A DNA stretch of 61,674 bases, filler included, from Choristocarpus tenellus KU-1152 (GCA_964200185.2; 10 parts of 10 records of this genome joined end to end with filler, not necessarily neighbours in it), one strand, 5' to 3'; shown: positions 36,133 to 50,340, numbered from the whole stretch's first letter. Program-made: numbers and translations. The notes: generated from the sequence alone by a model not told the origin.

Positions 36133-38954
36133 CTCGGATCTCCGCCTTCCTCTTGCAACCTCATCTTGCAGATCCTTCGCCGCCGTCTCTACCCGTTCCC
36201 GGAGTTTGTCCACCTTCTCAGGCATTTGTGTATCCGCAAACGAACATCCAAGGACGAGACCACGTGAGAGGACCACCGATCAACACACAAACAACACATT
36301 ATTATTTTTGTTTAATGCACCAAAAAAAAAAATTTAACTCAAAAAAAAGAAACTGCAGCAGTTGGACGTATACGTTACAACTCTTTTAATATTATTTCAG
36401 AAGCTTTAAAAAAAAATCCAAATAAATCATTCCAATGTGTACATAGATATGAACACTATTTGACACACACACACACACATATATATATACCCAGGCGTAC
36501 ACTTCTATTAATATCGGTGTATGTACTCTCAAACAGTCACAGCACTTTCCCAAAACTTAAGCTGAGATAGCACACAGATGCGACAAGAGCGAACTACAGG
36601 CCAAGGACACACACACACTTAAAAAACAAAACAGTTGCCCATAGATACACTCATAGATACACTCATAGATACACTCCGGTGATGTCGAAACCTAGTCCAC
36701 AACAGCTTACTCTACAGTGCATCACAACTGAGAAAGACCGCACTACTCAAGAAAGGTACACCTCATACCGATCACTCTACATAAAAGGTACACCTCATAC
36801 CAACAATGGCCATCGCGACGACCTCTCTCACTCCAATACTTGTATTGAAGTACAACAAATTATATTTTTGTTTAAACTTCCTCCCATTCACACCCTACCA
36901 GGAAGCAAACAAAAAAGTATCACCTCCAGACGAAGCTCCTTCTCCCTCCCTGACTGGTCACCGCCAGCATCAAGCTGCCTCCTTAGGCACCGACTGACCT
37001 CCTTCTCCTCCTCCAGCTGACGTTCCAACCCGGCTGCAGTCAAAGCCAGCCCCTCAACCTCCATCGTCAACGCCCATTCGCTTGATTGAAAAAACAACCA
37101 AAGACCAACAACAGACCAACAACAGACCAAGAACACAACACACCGGAGATGGAGAGGGCAGGACTATGTCAGTATCACCATTCCCCCTGAGTGAGGGCTA
37201 GTTCTCGAGGCTCAAGAGACTGTTCCTTCCGTCGGAACAATGGCGTCTCAACGCCTTCAGGAGATGTAATAGGGAAGGGTTAGGGTTAGGGTTAGGGTTA
37301 GGGTTAGGGTGAGATCTCTTGTGAATGAACTCCTGTCTGTCTGCAAAGACGGAACTTCCTATCACTAGTTGTTAGTCCGTCTATCAGGTGTAATAGAAGT
37401 CCGTTAGGATTCGGAAGTCAGACGAAGAACTCACCGATGTAATAAAAATAAATTAAAGTCTAGGACCTTCCTTCACACACACACACAAAAAAAAAACTAT
37501 AAAACTAGCCTATCCAAGGGATAGACGGCTAAAAAAATAAAAAGATGTGAGCAACAGGAGTAGGAAAATCCTTCGGGAAAACACGCCTTGAAAAAGTTTA
37601 CAAAACTCAGTCCAGTGTGTTTTTTTTTCGAATCACAACACATCACGGGATAAGAGCCAGCTCTTGATATTTTAAAAACATTTGAATAACCCCGTCTGTC
37701 TCAATGTCTTGAGAGGCCGAGATAGGGAAGGCAAGGCAAGGTGAGAAGAATTGGCTACAGAGAGGGGTTGTGTAGTAGTACTGGGTTGTGCACTATATAG
37801 TATGCATAATGGTTAAGGAACTGATTGCTGTGGCATCTGGTCAGGAGGGTGAGGACCAACACTAAAGGCTTTAACTCTTCTCCCTCTCCTCTGGGTCGGT
37901 TTGAACAGTTCACGCAGACGAGGAAAAGTACCACATCAGGAAGGCGTTCTTTTGGTTTCACAACAGGAGGCGTAGAAAAGTTCAACAAAGTTGTGGATGT
38001 TACTGACATTTTAGGGTATACTTCGTGATGGGAGGTTTTGCAAGACCACAAAAGGTAGTGGAATAATCTCATACCGACTTGTGCGTCTATAGCCTGCATC
38101 GTAAACGGCTTGAAGTGACACTGCATATAGGGAAGTATTGACTGTGTAACAATGAATCAAAGCTGGAACATCACAGTAACATGTGATCCACTAACCATGG
38201 ATGGAGTCCTTGTACTTCCATCACATACAGGCTGTGTGCACTGAGTGAAAGTGTCTTAGAGGGTATGAGTTTTGCCCTGTTTGTCCATTTTGGGCTTGGC
38301 TTCCCATGGGCTTTAAGTAGATTCTACCTACTCCAAAATGTTTTGGAGTAGGTAAAATGTATACGTTATGAAAAGGTGTCTCCGGAACAAGGATATTGAC
38401 ATCTCCTAACAAACACGATATAGCCAAAATTACATCAAAATCGCAACATTGGATTTTGGCCCCAAATGGACGTGGCAAAGAAAGGTAAGTCCTCCTCTGC
38501 TCAGCAAAACAAAAGATCACCACACGACTCAGATGCAATACACAAAACAGAACGGCACGAAACAGAGTTACACTATCAACATTAATTAATTTGTTGCAAC
38601 ACATCCCCCACCCCTTACACTGCAAAAACACAACGCCGTTTCGAAGCAAAACAGTAGTCACATCTTAACAGTCACATCTTAACAGTCACATCTTAACGGT
38701 TAATTCTATTATTGATAAAAGCTTGTGCAACGGGTTTTACCCCCATACCTTGTGAGGTGTGTTCAAGGTACACAGAACACAAAACCACCAGACACTGCAA
38801 AAATAGCTTAACATCACGGAATCATCCCGCTACTCTACTCCATGTCTGACCTATTCTTCTCTTCCTCCAGTTGAGCCAACCCCTGCTCAACCCGCTGCTG
38901 AGAACACTCCAAATCCCTCACTGCTTCCTTCAGCTGTCCTTGGAGAGCCTCCAC
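36133..38954 (-). CDS. Coiled-coil protein, internal exons 38954-38851, 37080-36924, 36213-36133
   Basis: Phase-compatible: VEALQGQLKEAVRDLECSQQRVEQGLAQLEEEKNS-EWALTMEVEGL...EKELRLE-VDKLRERVETAAKDLQDEVARGRRRSE; heptad, E/K/R-rich. Confidence 0.75.
36640..36675. repeat. 12-bp tandem repeat (CATAGATACACT)x3
   Basis: Direct reading. Confidence 0.9.
37277..37310 (+). repeat. Intronic (TTAGGG)5 telomere-type repeat
   Basis: Direct reading. Confidence 0.95.
37790..38100 (+). mobile_element. RTE-like LINE 3' relic
   Basis: LLWHLVRR...SGRRS..DILG..WEVLQDHKR*WNNLI resembles the RTE C-terminus (WLGHxxR..GRP..W..aqdR..W). Confidence 0.4.
38243..38476 (-). mobile_element. MITE family A, one TIR lost
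   Basis: GAGTGAAAGTGTCTTAGAGGGTA... reverse homolog of 6593; ends at CCAAATGGACGTGGC. Confidence 0.85.
38656..38697. repeat. 14-bp tandem repeat (AGTCACATCTTAAC)x3
   Basis: Direct reading. Confidence 0.9.
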
Positions 38955-41348
38955 CTTTTCGAAGAGACATTGACGAGCAGGGGATTGACCTTAGACATAC
39001 TGCATCACAGTGGAAGAGTACGCCATCCACTACTGCTTGAAAAAAGTCGATTGTATAAATACAGTGCAGCATAACCGTAGCTCTTCAAGTGTGAGTGTGC
39101 AGATGTATCCCCCCAACACATGGTAACAGGATCAATACACACTGTACCTTTTCATGTCAATCCACGTGCATCATCTCACATACCCCCTTCAAACATAACA
39201 TCATACCTATGTACCAGAGATACCACTCCTTCACACACACACACACACACACACAANNNNNNNNNNNNNNNNNNNNNNNNNNNNNNNNNNNNNNNNNNNN
39301 TTAATTAATTAANNNNNNNNNNNNNNNNNNNNNNNNNNNNNNNNNNNNNNNNNNNNCACTCGGTACCACGGTATAACGGTATATGGTATACAAGCAATAC
39401 GGTATAATAACAGACAAACATGCTTTCCACAGACGACCCATTTACAAACAGAAACTAGGAAGGCATTCCTGTCCTTAACGAGAGTGAGAACGCGACTCTC
39501 CCAGGTTAGATGGTTGGAGCGTGTTAACCTGAGTGGAGTGACAAATGTTCTACTCTCAAGAGGAAAACTCCTGATACCATGAACACCGTAGAGATATCGC
39601 CTTTCCTCTGTCCCGTTGGAGTCCTACTGTAATTAGCTCTCGGGATGATGCCATCTGCTATTGCTGTGGCGACGGACAACGAGTGAGGAGCTCAAGTCAA
39701 TGGTGGACGAACCGTCGCCTCTGACGATAGGCATGCCGCAGAGTCTGCTGCAGGCAAGGCACTATACTCCGACAGAGTTCAGATCTCATAATAGTATGCA
39801 TAGAAAGACTGAAAACCAATGCTATTATTGGAAGGAAGACAAACATAACATCAACTCTAATAAGGTCAGCTTGGTAGGTTCGCGTGCAATGGTTCGTCGT
39901 CGAAAGTGATTCGACCCGTCCACCTCAACGTATGACAACCGAACGGTTCTCCATGGCATTCGAGAGCTGATTTCTTCTCTACTTCCTGTAGAACTATCTA
40001 TCCTGCGTTCCAGACTAGTGTTGTTGACGGTCATACCTCACCTATTTGAGCTTTCATTCCCCTTCCCCTTCACAAGTTGAGTCTTACTGATTGTTCGACA
40101 CAATGTTGAAGAATATCACTAAATATCTCGATTGCTCTCAACCTTTCCATCTCTTTCTCATGTAGTATATGATGCTACATGCACGATAAGAAATTGTGCT
40201 GACAGCTATTGAGACACCCGCACCTGCTTCATCTTGTTCCATATGACCACATATCCCTGAATGAGAAGCGTGGGGATGAATCGATCGGGACCAAAGAGAA
40301 TGGCCACGAGTATTCTGCACTTCAAATATGGGGGAAAGAAAATGGAGAAGTTCTGTGGAGCCTCCACGGCAAACATCGTTTTCCAGAGTGGGGCTTGAGA
40401 TGGCAGGGGAGGAAAGGATGTTCAGGCCGAGGGTGTATCATTTTGAGGAGGTGAAATATATAAAAAGGTTGGAATTCCCCTCTGTCAGTTGTAGCTGGAG
40501 AAGATATTCTTCTTGCTTTCTTCTGCTGCATTGATAAATTGGCAATTCAATATCCCTGCGAGATCCTTAGAACGGGTAGAACAAGCTCTCCTTCCTTTAC
40601 TCCCTGAAATGTTTTTTCTGACGCCTTGTAGTGACCTTTGAATTTCCTACTATTTGAACTGTGGAGGTGCCACTTGTGTACATCGTTGAAGTATGACTTA
40701 CCATGCAAAAACTCTTCAGTTAGACTTTTTCTGAGCTGAACGAGGAGACCTCGTCCATCTGTATTATATCTAAGAATCTCCCAATGATGATGTTGGATTC
40801 TCCGGAATATAATGTAGTTCATATTTTTCCAAGAGAAGATCAAAGCTTGACTGATGGTTTTATGCTGTATTCTTCGAAATAATAAGCACCTTCAGCACCA
40901 ACACATACCAGCTGGCACATTGCAGGTGTTTTAAGGGGGAGAAATAGAATGGATAAAGACATCTTAAATTGTATGTGTGCAACTACTGCATTAAGTTTTT
41001 CAATATCAGGAATAGTTGTGTACCACCATATGCAGGTTGTCTATTTTCAACTCTCGTCACACAGATGAAGAAAATGCTACATATCAAGATATCAACGTGA
41101 CACCAGCTAGGAGGGCGAGTCAAGAGTGCCATATCATGAAGAATCTCTATCTCCTCAACTCGAATGGAACATGGGCACAGGGTGTACAAGCAACAACTCA
41201 TTGAACAAGAACGTAAACGGCAACAAGTAGATACTGCCACCACTCTCAAGAAGACTTCGAGGGCAGGGACAGAGTCAAAGCTCCCTGTGTAACGACTACC
41301 TCCATGCAGGTGTGTTTGTTGGCACGTACATTTCTTGTACAGATTGGT

Positions 41349-41516
41349 GGCTCAAAGTGGTGGGGGTCTACACCAGCGTGTCCGTTCGGGCCCTGACCAG
41401 CAGAAGTGAACTTACACTATCCATCCGATGCATGCAACCAAATCACGCAAAACTTGTGACATGGAAAAACGGGCCCCGAATGGACAGTTGTCAACCCCCC
41501 CCAGATACTTTGAGCC
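41349..41516. mobile_element. MITE family C
   Basis: GGCTCAAAGT...CCAGATACTTTGAGCC; TSD TGGT/TGGT. Confidence 0.85.
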
Positions 41517-43784
41517 TGGTGTGACATATGTGGCTAATATGGTGCATGGGAGGCGTGACCAAGACTTGCGCATCATTATTTATGTATCGTGGTAGTAAGA
41601 TTTGTGGACAAATTCTCTAGAGTTACATCAGCAGAACAGTAGAAGCTAAGCAAGCATGAAGTGTGGAGAATGGATAAACACAAACAGAAAATTTCCATTT
41701 TTTATTCTCCATCAATTCATAATTTTATTTTTATTATTTTCCCCTTTACTTCTGGCTGGACAACAAGTAAATGTGTCAGTGGTGTTGAAATAGAAGAAAC
41801 TCGAATAAATACATTAGAGTGGTATAAGCGTACATGGTACTAATGTTCGAATGTCATCTGGAGTATTTAGCACCTCTGCAAGCAGCATTTACAAGTAAAT
41901 CCTCCACTATATTTATTGCCTCGAATCTAAGGTGTTTAATACAATGTCAAGCATCAGCAGTTTGCAACATCACAAAAGTTGATTTTTTATTCTTGCTTGC
42001 CATCAGTCACAGTGGCACCCCTGCCCACCACCCACTTCAATTCCTCCAAAAACGGATGACGTAAGAAGTAGAAAAACATTAGACGAAAAAAGGTATTTGC
42101 TCACATGCATGATGAAATGCATTTGACTGGGGATTTTTGGCAAGGGAACAAGACTTCAGGACTTGTACTCCAATTGAAATTCCAGGAGCTTGAGAGATAT
42201 CTTTGTTATTGTGAAGTCTTGTCATAAGATGATGTATTGCATTTGTCGTTCTGGTTGGACAAATACCTCTGATCTGATGTACTTTCACACACACACTAGT
42301 TGGAATACATGTTCAGTTCCTCTCAGAGAAGCGCCCTGGAATGCTTGCAACGTCATGTACGCAGGAAGTAGAGGGGTGAGAGGAGTGAGAAGCAAGGTTT
42401 CTGCAATTAGTGTGGTCGTTGGCATGCGAGGTAGAGTCAAAGCAGGTGATAACGGCTCTACTGCAGTGAATCGATATCTTTCTGCTGTCGCCACTTCCAC
42501 TTATTACGCACATCCTTTTCCTATCTGCATCCAAGCATCATGTAAGTAATAACCAAGGCTCTGCTCCTCGTGCTCCACTTCCCACCGGAGCATTTGGGCC
42601 TTGGGATTGGTATCCTATGCCGTTGGCTAGACTGAGCACGTGCATGATGAGACTAAGATCTGGTACTGGTAAAGTGAACACGTAAGACGTTGAAGCGGAT
42701 GTATATCAATGCTGATATCGATGATCAGACAAAACGATATTACAATCTGTAATCAAGAGCTCACGTTGGTGGCATGTAGATATGTTGTATGCACATGTTC
42801 AAGACTGGGACCTGGAACTGCAGAACACTGGTAAACACACAGATATGATTCCGTTTTGTGAAGTAACACTAGGTATCACCACACAGGTGGCATCTGGAAT
42901 CCTGCATAGCCGAGCATCAATACACAGCCCAAACAAACTCATGGACATACTTCCATGAACTTGTAGCTATGCCTTTAGCGAGCATCATGCTTGGCAATTT
43001 TTTGCTTCAAGTTTGGTATACGTTGTACATCAACAAAAATACATCTTAGGAATTCAAAGATTTCTCAGATATGGCGATCGTCTATTACCCAGGTACTTGA
43101 TCCAAGATGCAAGAATAAATAACAGAATGTGAATGAGCTATATATAGCCCAAGAAAAATCTCACGGTGTGCACATATTTGTGATTTAAGGGGACCTACTC
43201 CATAAATACTTTCTACTTCAGAGAATATAAGACAACTTGGTCCCAACATCAACAACCTTGGCGTGTTAGAATTATAACTGAGAATGTTTCCTCCACTCTA
43301 ACCTCCAAATCCATGTATGAACTGGTTACAGAGATGTTGCCTTCACAATAGAACGAATTATCACAAACCACCTAATGCAGTGATAAAGGTCACCTGCTTC
43401 CCCTCTCCTTTGCTTAACTGTAAGCTACACAAAGCCAGGAGCACAAACCTCAATTCCAATTCCATCTGTACATCACAAACTCTGAGCACATCAATACAGT
43501 CAAGGAGTGACAGGCACAGGTCTTTAAGAGGTGAGATTGAATGCATACTCTTCTTCATATTATTATTATTTTGCTGGGTTCATGTCCTCCTTTTGTCAAT
43601 ACTATTTTTTATTTTTCCGAAAAGAAGAAAAAAAAGTCCTCACCTGTTTTTACGACTCGAATATAGGCAAGATTTCGAACTAGTTTACAACTCGACGATT
43701 TTGTCTGTTGGTTCACAACCTGACGAGAGACAAAGCATGTTTTTCGACCCGGACTAGCCCTGACATGAAAACATCATGTAATGT

Positions 43785-43944
43785 GCTATCTGTGCTCGAA
43801 CTTGTTCGCGATGTCGCTCTTGTTCTTTCAAGAGTGTGGAAGACATCCAGCGGGATATCATGACCTACGATTCTGCCACAGCAGCCTTCTAGGTGTATGG
43901 TGACTTCCCCATCTACTCTCAAGACGTTTACGAAAATGTTGACG
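43785..43944 (+). pseudogene. Cathepsin B-like (papain family C1A) exon relic
   Basis: SFKSVEDIQRDIMTYDSATAAF*VYGDFPIYSQDVYENVD|GTGAG matches IQxEIMTxGPVxAAFxVYEDFxxYxSGVY; TAG at 43890. Confidence 0.7.
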
Positions 43945-46900
43945 GTGAGGTTCCTCTCTTTTTATTGGGTAATAATGAATCCGATTTTATAGTTTTTTTT
44001 TCTCGATTTTGTTTGATAGGAGTTGGTGTCTATTTTTTCTGGAGTACCGAGGTCTTTTGTTATTTTCTTGTCTATTTTTTATTTTTGACACAAGTCGGGT
44101 TAGGATGATGTTTTTGTTGTAGTTGTCTGATGTTGGTTGTGATTTTTGTGGGAGTATGGTGTGTTTTCCTGACTTTGTGGCACCATGGTTATGCACTTGT
44201 CTGCACAATTGGACACCAAGGGTTTTGAAGTTAATATAAGCTAACTCTCGTTGCTTGAGGGATCAGGTCAGTTGGATGTGATATTGTTGTCAATTATTTT
44301 GTGGTTTGAGGTAGATGCGTAGAGGGAAGGTTAGCTTTGTAGTGATAAATGTACTTGTGTGTACTTCAAAGAAAGGGTTTCTAATGTAAACAAAGGAGAA
44401 TGTTGCTGATTGTTGTTTTTTTGTCGTACTATGGTACGTTTGTTAGCCTTTTCAGCTTCTCTTGATGGAGATGGGAGGTGTTTGTTGAAGTAGAAGGTTG
44501 CAATGTACTTGTGATGTAAATGACTTGGTTTTGTGAAAGTACATGTGGAAGAAAATTGTGATTCATTCTGTACCAAAACGGCTACCCCTATATCATAGTC
44601 AACAACATGTCAATCTCGTATGCAGTAGTAATGTGCTGTTAGGACCCACACACCCAACAATAGTTGTAGAAATGAGCATGTGTCGTCTACAATACACTGA
44701 TAGAATCATATTCCATTCACTATTCCCCATATGGTGCTTGGAATTCAGTGCTAGCCCATTCACCTTGAGTAAATTGTTTTGATACTAGATTAAAGAAACT
44801 GGTGAACCCCCCTTGGGTAACATTTGGCAACAATATTGCTGCCAGGACATGAACCACGGGTTGCTTGTATTTTTAAGCACACTATAGACTTATCCTGCTT
44901 ACAGGAAGCTCCCCTATGACTGAGTTTCAATTTTGCTTGTCCTGGTTCTCGATAAATGTTAGCCAACAGGATGGCATATTTTTTGGCAGGTCAGTTTGTG
45001 TTATTGGGGTGAAGATTGGTTATGTTGTTCTCCATAGGCGTCTTACTGAGCAGGGTATATCCTACGAGAACGTGTATGCTAGGCATATATTATATATGAT
45101 GCAGAGATAGATGCGCAACTGGACGCATGTGTACACAAACTCACTCACTACATAGACACTTGAGATTATGTTGAAAGATGTGGCTTGCTTGGTTTTGATC
45201 CCTCCACCCCCCTTGCCTGGAGGTCTTGGCAGCGTTTCAAGAGTGCAAATGCGGTTTGAGGTTTTGTAAATTATGACCGGATTTAACAAACCGCAAACTA
45301 TATGTTGCAGGCTTTGGTGCCCCTTGCAGAGCTTGATCGCACAATTAAAGTCACTTGGAGCCTGTTGTCAATTCTTGGCATTCTTTGCCCCCTCCATCAA
45401 ACCATGTTCTTTTGCCCCCAAGCAAAACTTAAAACCCCCCAACCCCTTTGCATTTCCACGTCATGGTGCTGGAACGCTGTGGCTGTTAACTTGTGGATCT
45501 TCTTCTCTTCGTTTCCCCCAGCACAGCCCCCCCAGGTATACNNNNNNNNNNNNNNNNNNNNNNNNNNNNNNNNNNNNNNNNNNNNTTAATTAATTAANNN
45601 NNNNNNNNNNNNNNNNNNNNNNNNNNNNNNNNNNNNNNNNNCAACAACACCGCAAACGCGAACGCCTTCGAGGTTCCCCGCGCTCCGCCCGCCCCCCCCC
45701 CCCCCCCCCCCCCCGGTCCTTCCTTCTGTAGTGATGTCTATTACACTTGTTTGTTCAGTTGTCTATCACACTTGTTTGTTCAGTGTTCCATCCCCCTCTT
45801 TGTCCTTGAAATTTATTTTTTATTTTTTATTTTTTCTGGTGTTTTCCCCGTGGCTGGTGCAAGCGCATAGCATTGCATCGTCAGAATAGAATAGAAAAAA
45901 AACAAGAACATAAACAAAAACGAAAATCAATAGTAAAAGCAAAACATTTGAGACGGCAGTCCGCGGAACTGGTTGTTATTTGCAAATGCGCGTGGGAAAG
46001 AATCAACCGACCTGATCGAACCCTGCTGAAAATGTTGAGGTCGGGTTGGTCTCCGATGAACTGCGCATTGTCAGTGAATTGATTTTCCAGGATAGCAACG
46101 ACTCCTGATGTGAAGGTGGTACGCTTTGTTCTTGTAGAGGCATGAGGTCTGTGGAGTCGTCTGGATCGGTGGGTATCACAATTTTTTTTTTCGTGTTTTG
46201 GGTTCTGCCAGGTCTCAATTTGAATTGATATTTACTTGTAGGCCGATTGGCATGCTGCATATGCATACACACACAGCACATAGATGAATGCGTATATAGA
46301 TAAGATATGTAGGCAGTATAGATACATGAATATATGTAGACACATAAATGCATGCATATGTATGTATATGTATATACATGAGTATATACACACACATAAG
46401 TACACGCATGTATAATGATACATGTGAAATCATATACAGATACATAGGGGCATAATATCTTAGAGGATAGCCTGTTGTTAGAGTTAAGCCTCTCTGATGA
46501 ATGAAATGAAGAACTGAAACGTACGTTCCGCCAGTTGTGGTTGTGTATCTCCTGTCATCAATCCTACAAGAAGTATCGCCTCCCTGCATGCCACCTTCTA
46601 TTGTCCTGAAACCCTAGTTTTTGTAGAGTTAAGGAGGTGGTACACAGTGCGTCACGCCATGTTCATTGGCTGTCCTAAATCTAAAAAGGGGTCCAAGTCT
46701 TGCCCTCTCTTAAGTTAATTCACCTCTTGTATGCATATGTTACCCGTCAGGCGCGTATGTATGTATGTTGCATCTCTTCAGCACCCCTCGTCAGTTATCA
46801 TTCTTTTCCTTGCAATCTCTTGCCTGTCTGGTAGTATAGGGACCTTGGTTCCTTTGCATGCCACACCCACCCATTGTGCATATTGAGTGCCAAGAGTTTT

Positions 46901-47287
46901 TAGTCCATTTTTTTTGTGTGTGTGTGTGGATGATCTATCTCCCCGTTGCCCACAGTTGAATTGCTCTGGATGAGGTAGCTCTGGTGGGTACAATTATTGT
47001 TACTTTTTTTTCTCATTACTAAGCTATGTTTTTCTTTTTATTTCTTTCTTCTACTATGTACATTCTATTTACTGTGTGTGTGTGTCTCTTTCCTCCCTTC
47101 TTTATCTTGGTACAACCTCAATAATAATAATAGTAATAATATTTAGTGATGCATAGGAGGGCAATTGTAGTGTTGTCATATTTTTTTGTTCATATTTTTT
47201 TGTTCTTTTTTTGTTGTTGTTGCTGTTGTTGTATCTTGATCGCAATTTTCTTAATAAAAACCCCAAACAAAATGGAACAAATCTCAG

Positions 47288-47691
47288 GCCCAACATATCG
47301 ACACTCCGGGAGTCATTAGGCGTGTGTCAAGCCTATTCCGTGGATACAACAAGCTGATCCTTGGCTTCAACACCTTCTTGCCTGATGGGTACAAGATTGA
47401 ACTGTCTGACATCGAGGTGAGTTGCCTCCATCCCCCCCCCCCCTGCTGTCTTCCTGCGTACCTCCCATTGCTAATATTTTTTTCTACATGGAGTGAGGCG
47501 GTTGCCTGTCGACTACGATCAAACGTGCGCATCGGTTATATAGCACGGCGGTGTACGCCTTCCGTAACGCAGTAAATGAATAAAAAAAACTCAACGTTGA
47601 AAAAAGTATTTTTTTTTATGTCTCTACGAGCAGGCTCTGTTCGGCTCTCCTCGTCGTTGTATATATATGCATCTCCCCCGCCCCTTTTTTA

Positions 47692-47722
<31 letters not shown>

Positions 47723-48233
47723 TATTTATTTATTTTTAAATAAAAAAAACAATACCCAGCAACACGTTCGAACTAGGAGGACAATAAGAATAATAAGAAT
47801 TGACAAATGTCTAATGTCTACTGCGTTTGCGATGAACTAACCTCTTCAGGAGATGAACCGTCAACACGAGCTAGAGCAACTAGAGCAGGCCAGGGAGAGG
47901 GGTGAAATACCATCGTCAGCAGATGCAAGCTCGGGTCCCCAACCCACCATGGTTGTAGGCGCCAGTGGTGTTGGTGTTGGTGTCGGTGTCAGTGTCAGCG
48001 GTGGTTCTCTCCCAGGGAATGGACCTGGACCTGGCGGTCCCCGGTCTATGGTACTCGACTCGAGCATTGCCTTTGGTGGAGGGACCGCTGGCAACCCTGG
48101 TACCAGTGGCCCAGGTGGTATTGTTGGTGCTGGGAGAGATGGCATGGGTGGGGGGGTCATGTCGCTGGCCTCTCCTGCTGCACATGACCACGGGAGTGGC
48201 TCTGATCCCCCTGGTGGGTCTGGGGGACCTGGT
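47288..48233 (+). CDS. SIN3: Paired amphipathic helix protein Sin3 (partial; exons 47288-47416, 47850->48233)
   Basis: [38 protein letters not shown] is the PAH1 signature; phase-0 GT-AG intron into a Gly-rich linker exon. Confidence 0.93.
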
Positions 48234-48779
48234 NNNNNNNNNNNNNNNNNNNNNNNNNNNNNNNNNNNNNNNNNNNNTTAATTAATTAANNNNNNNNNNN
48301 NNNNNNNNNNNNNNNNNNNNNNNNNNNNNNNNNCCCCCCAGATACTTTGGCCCAAGTAGAGTCCAATAGTAGACCTCTTCGGGTAATGAGTGAAATGTTG
48401 AATGATATGCTGAAGGTATTGATTACCGATATACAAAACTATATTGTATGTATGGCCAACGCGACCACTAATCATGTATATGTGGCAGGTTCTGTGGGTT
48501 GCAGGGTGGTGAGAACCAATAGAGATGATGTCCAGGAAAGAAGTGAGAGGGGGATGTTGAGGCATGCTGGGCGAGGGTTCAGACCCTGAGAGCAGCATGC
48601 TCCTCAATACCCATCTTTGATTGACTGTGCTCAGCCAGAAGAAAATATAATCCCCAGATTCGCTGGTTGACTCCATGGTTCATGTCTTGGTCAATGCGAT
48701 GCTGTTGCGTATCTGAGTCACACCACACCTTACTGGCCGTATCACTCTGTTGGAGATCCAAAATGGGGCCTATCCTTGA

Positions 48780-49730
48780 CAATACCTAGAAAACAAGACG
48801 CCAAGACGGGCCCAGCATGACATTGCCACACCTCCTCAATCGGGTCCACTTAGATGCCTTCCAATCCCAGCTGGTAAACCTTCCTACAGATCCCACACCT
48901 GGAAAGGAGTATTCTACAATTGCTTTAGCTCGTCGTTATAGGAGCCAGCGTGAGCAAGGAGTCAAACCACTCAGCCCCTTCAGCCAGGAAGGCGGATTCC
49001 TTTCCAAGAATTCCACCTCAAAGTGACACCAGCCTTCAGGGGCGGAGAAGGCAACATCCAACCACTGCCTGGTAGCGGGGTGTAGGCGACAGGGTATGGA
49101 CACTAGTGACACACACACACACACCCCAGGGCTGGGAGACAAGTATGTCAGGACTCACGTATGTATGGGCAGGCAACGAGTACTGTCTGCAGGCTGGTGG
49201 GCGTACCTTGCACTCTGGAGGATGGGAGTTCCTTCATCATCAGTAGGAATTTCTGTACGGATTGCGGTATTCCATGCTGAGGCACTGCTCAACACAGCCA
49301 CTGTTCCTTACAGGGAAAAGGGTCTACTACCAGATGTTCGTGGGCTTTGACGAGGTCCAAGCAGATTGCCACCTCCAACAGACATTATCCAATAATGGCG
49401 TTGCTGCTGCTGCAGCTGAGGTGTGGAAGCTGAAAACCTCTACAGGGGATTTCTAACTCTTGCAATTTAGCCTCAACAACTTTGTGCTGGATAGCTTCGG
49501 GTGTTTGGGTAAATTGGTAGAGCAATTCGTGGATGAACTGGCAATGCATGTTGTGGGTGGTGGGGGGGCTGAGGGCTTTAGTAGGAAGGAAGCGGTGAAG
49601 GCATGCCTGTAACAGTTTATATCAGTCGCTGTTGCACAAATAGCAATCCCTAGGCATGTCACACAGGTTAAGTTGGAGACACTGGATCGGTTGGCTAGAC
49701 AGGGCTTAACTGACTCGTGGGGCGGTACAC
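48780..49730 (+). mobile_element. RLE-type (CRE/R2-like) non-LTR retrotransposon 3' relic
   Basis: NGVAAAAAEVWKLKT...FSLNNFVLDSFGCLGKLVEQFVDELAMHVVGG...QFISVAVAQIAIPR matches the restriction-like endonuclease C-terminus (AA..E..K..; F..E.FG.LG; q.iSv). Confidence 0.7.
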
Positions 49731-50340
49731 ATAATAGTCTTTACCTTGTGCATCATTTCATCCAACCAAAAGTGGAAGCCACACCACGGTCATCATCGCT
49801 CCTTTTTCTGGGCTGAATGTTAATCAATTTCCTCTCAATATCGTTTACCTCTAAATAAGCAATGAAATCTTCTTTCGTATATATACTAGTACTACCTCTC
49901 TTCAATCAGCATGTATATATATTACTTCGAAGTATATAATGTACTATGACGAATTTTGTATACAATGCATGTCATGTCTTCTCTTGTGGTACATTTATGT
50001 CGTAAAAATAGGACACAAAGGGGTAGATACGTTTATTAAAATATGCACGCGCAGCATACCCCCAAAAACTACATGCCGCGGACTCAAGAACCAAGAACTG
50101 GTAAGCACATACAAACGTTTGTAACTCACATCCATGATTCTGATATGGTTTGTGTTAGATTGAAGTACAACCTTTTGATATTTTTAATCAATTGTTGAAT
50201 TATAAATTTCCATCTACCTCCACTACTATTTAATCTAATTCGTCTATATTATGCGTAGTAACATAATATATCAATGCTGTATGTATGCGTTCATCGAAAC
50301 GTTCGTTGTTTGTATATGAGTGCATGTCCCAAATCGGGCA

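Noticed and set aside
39357-43300. Assorted LINE-like fragments (e.g. WIKYLG on minus strand near 43100)
   Set aside because: Single short motifs; boundaries and class cannot be assigned.
46215-46589. Tyr/Ile/Cys-rich ORFs
   Set aside because: Translation of TA/CA microsatellite-like intronic DNA.
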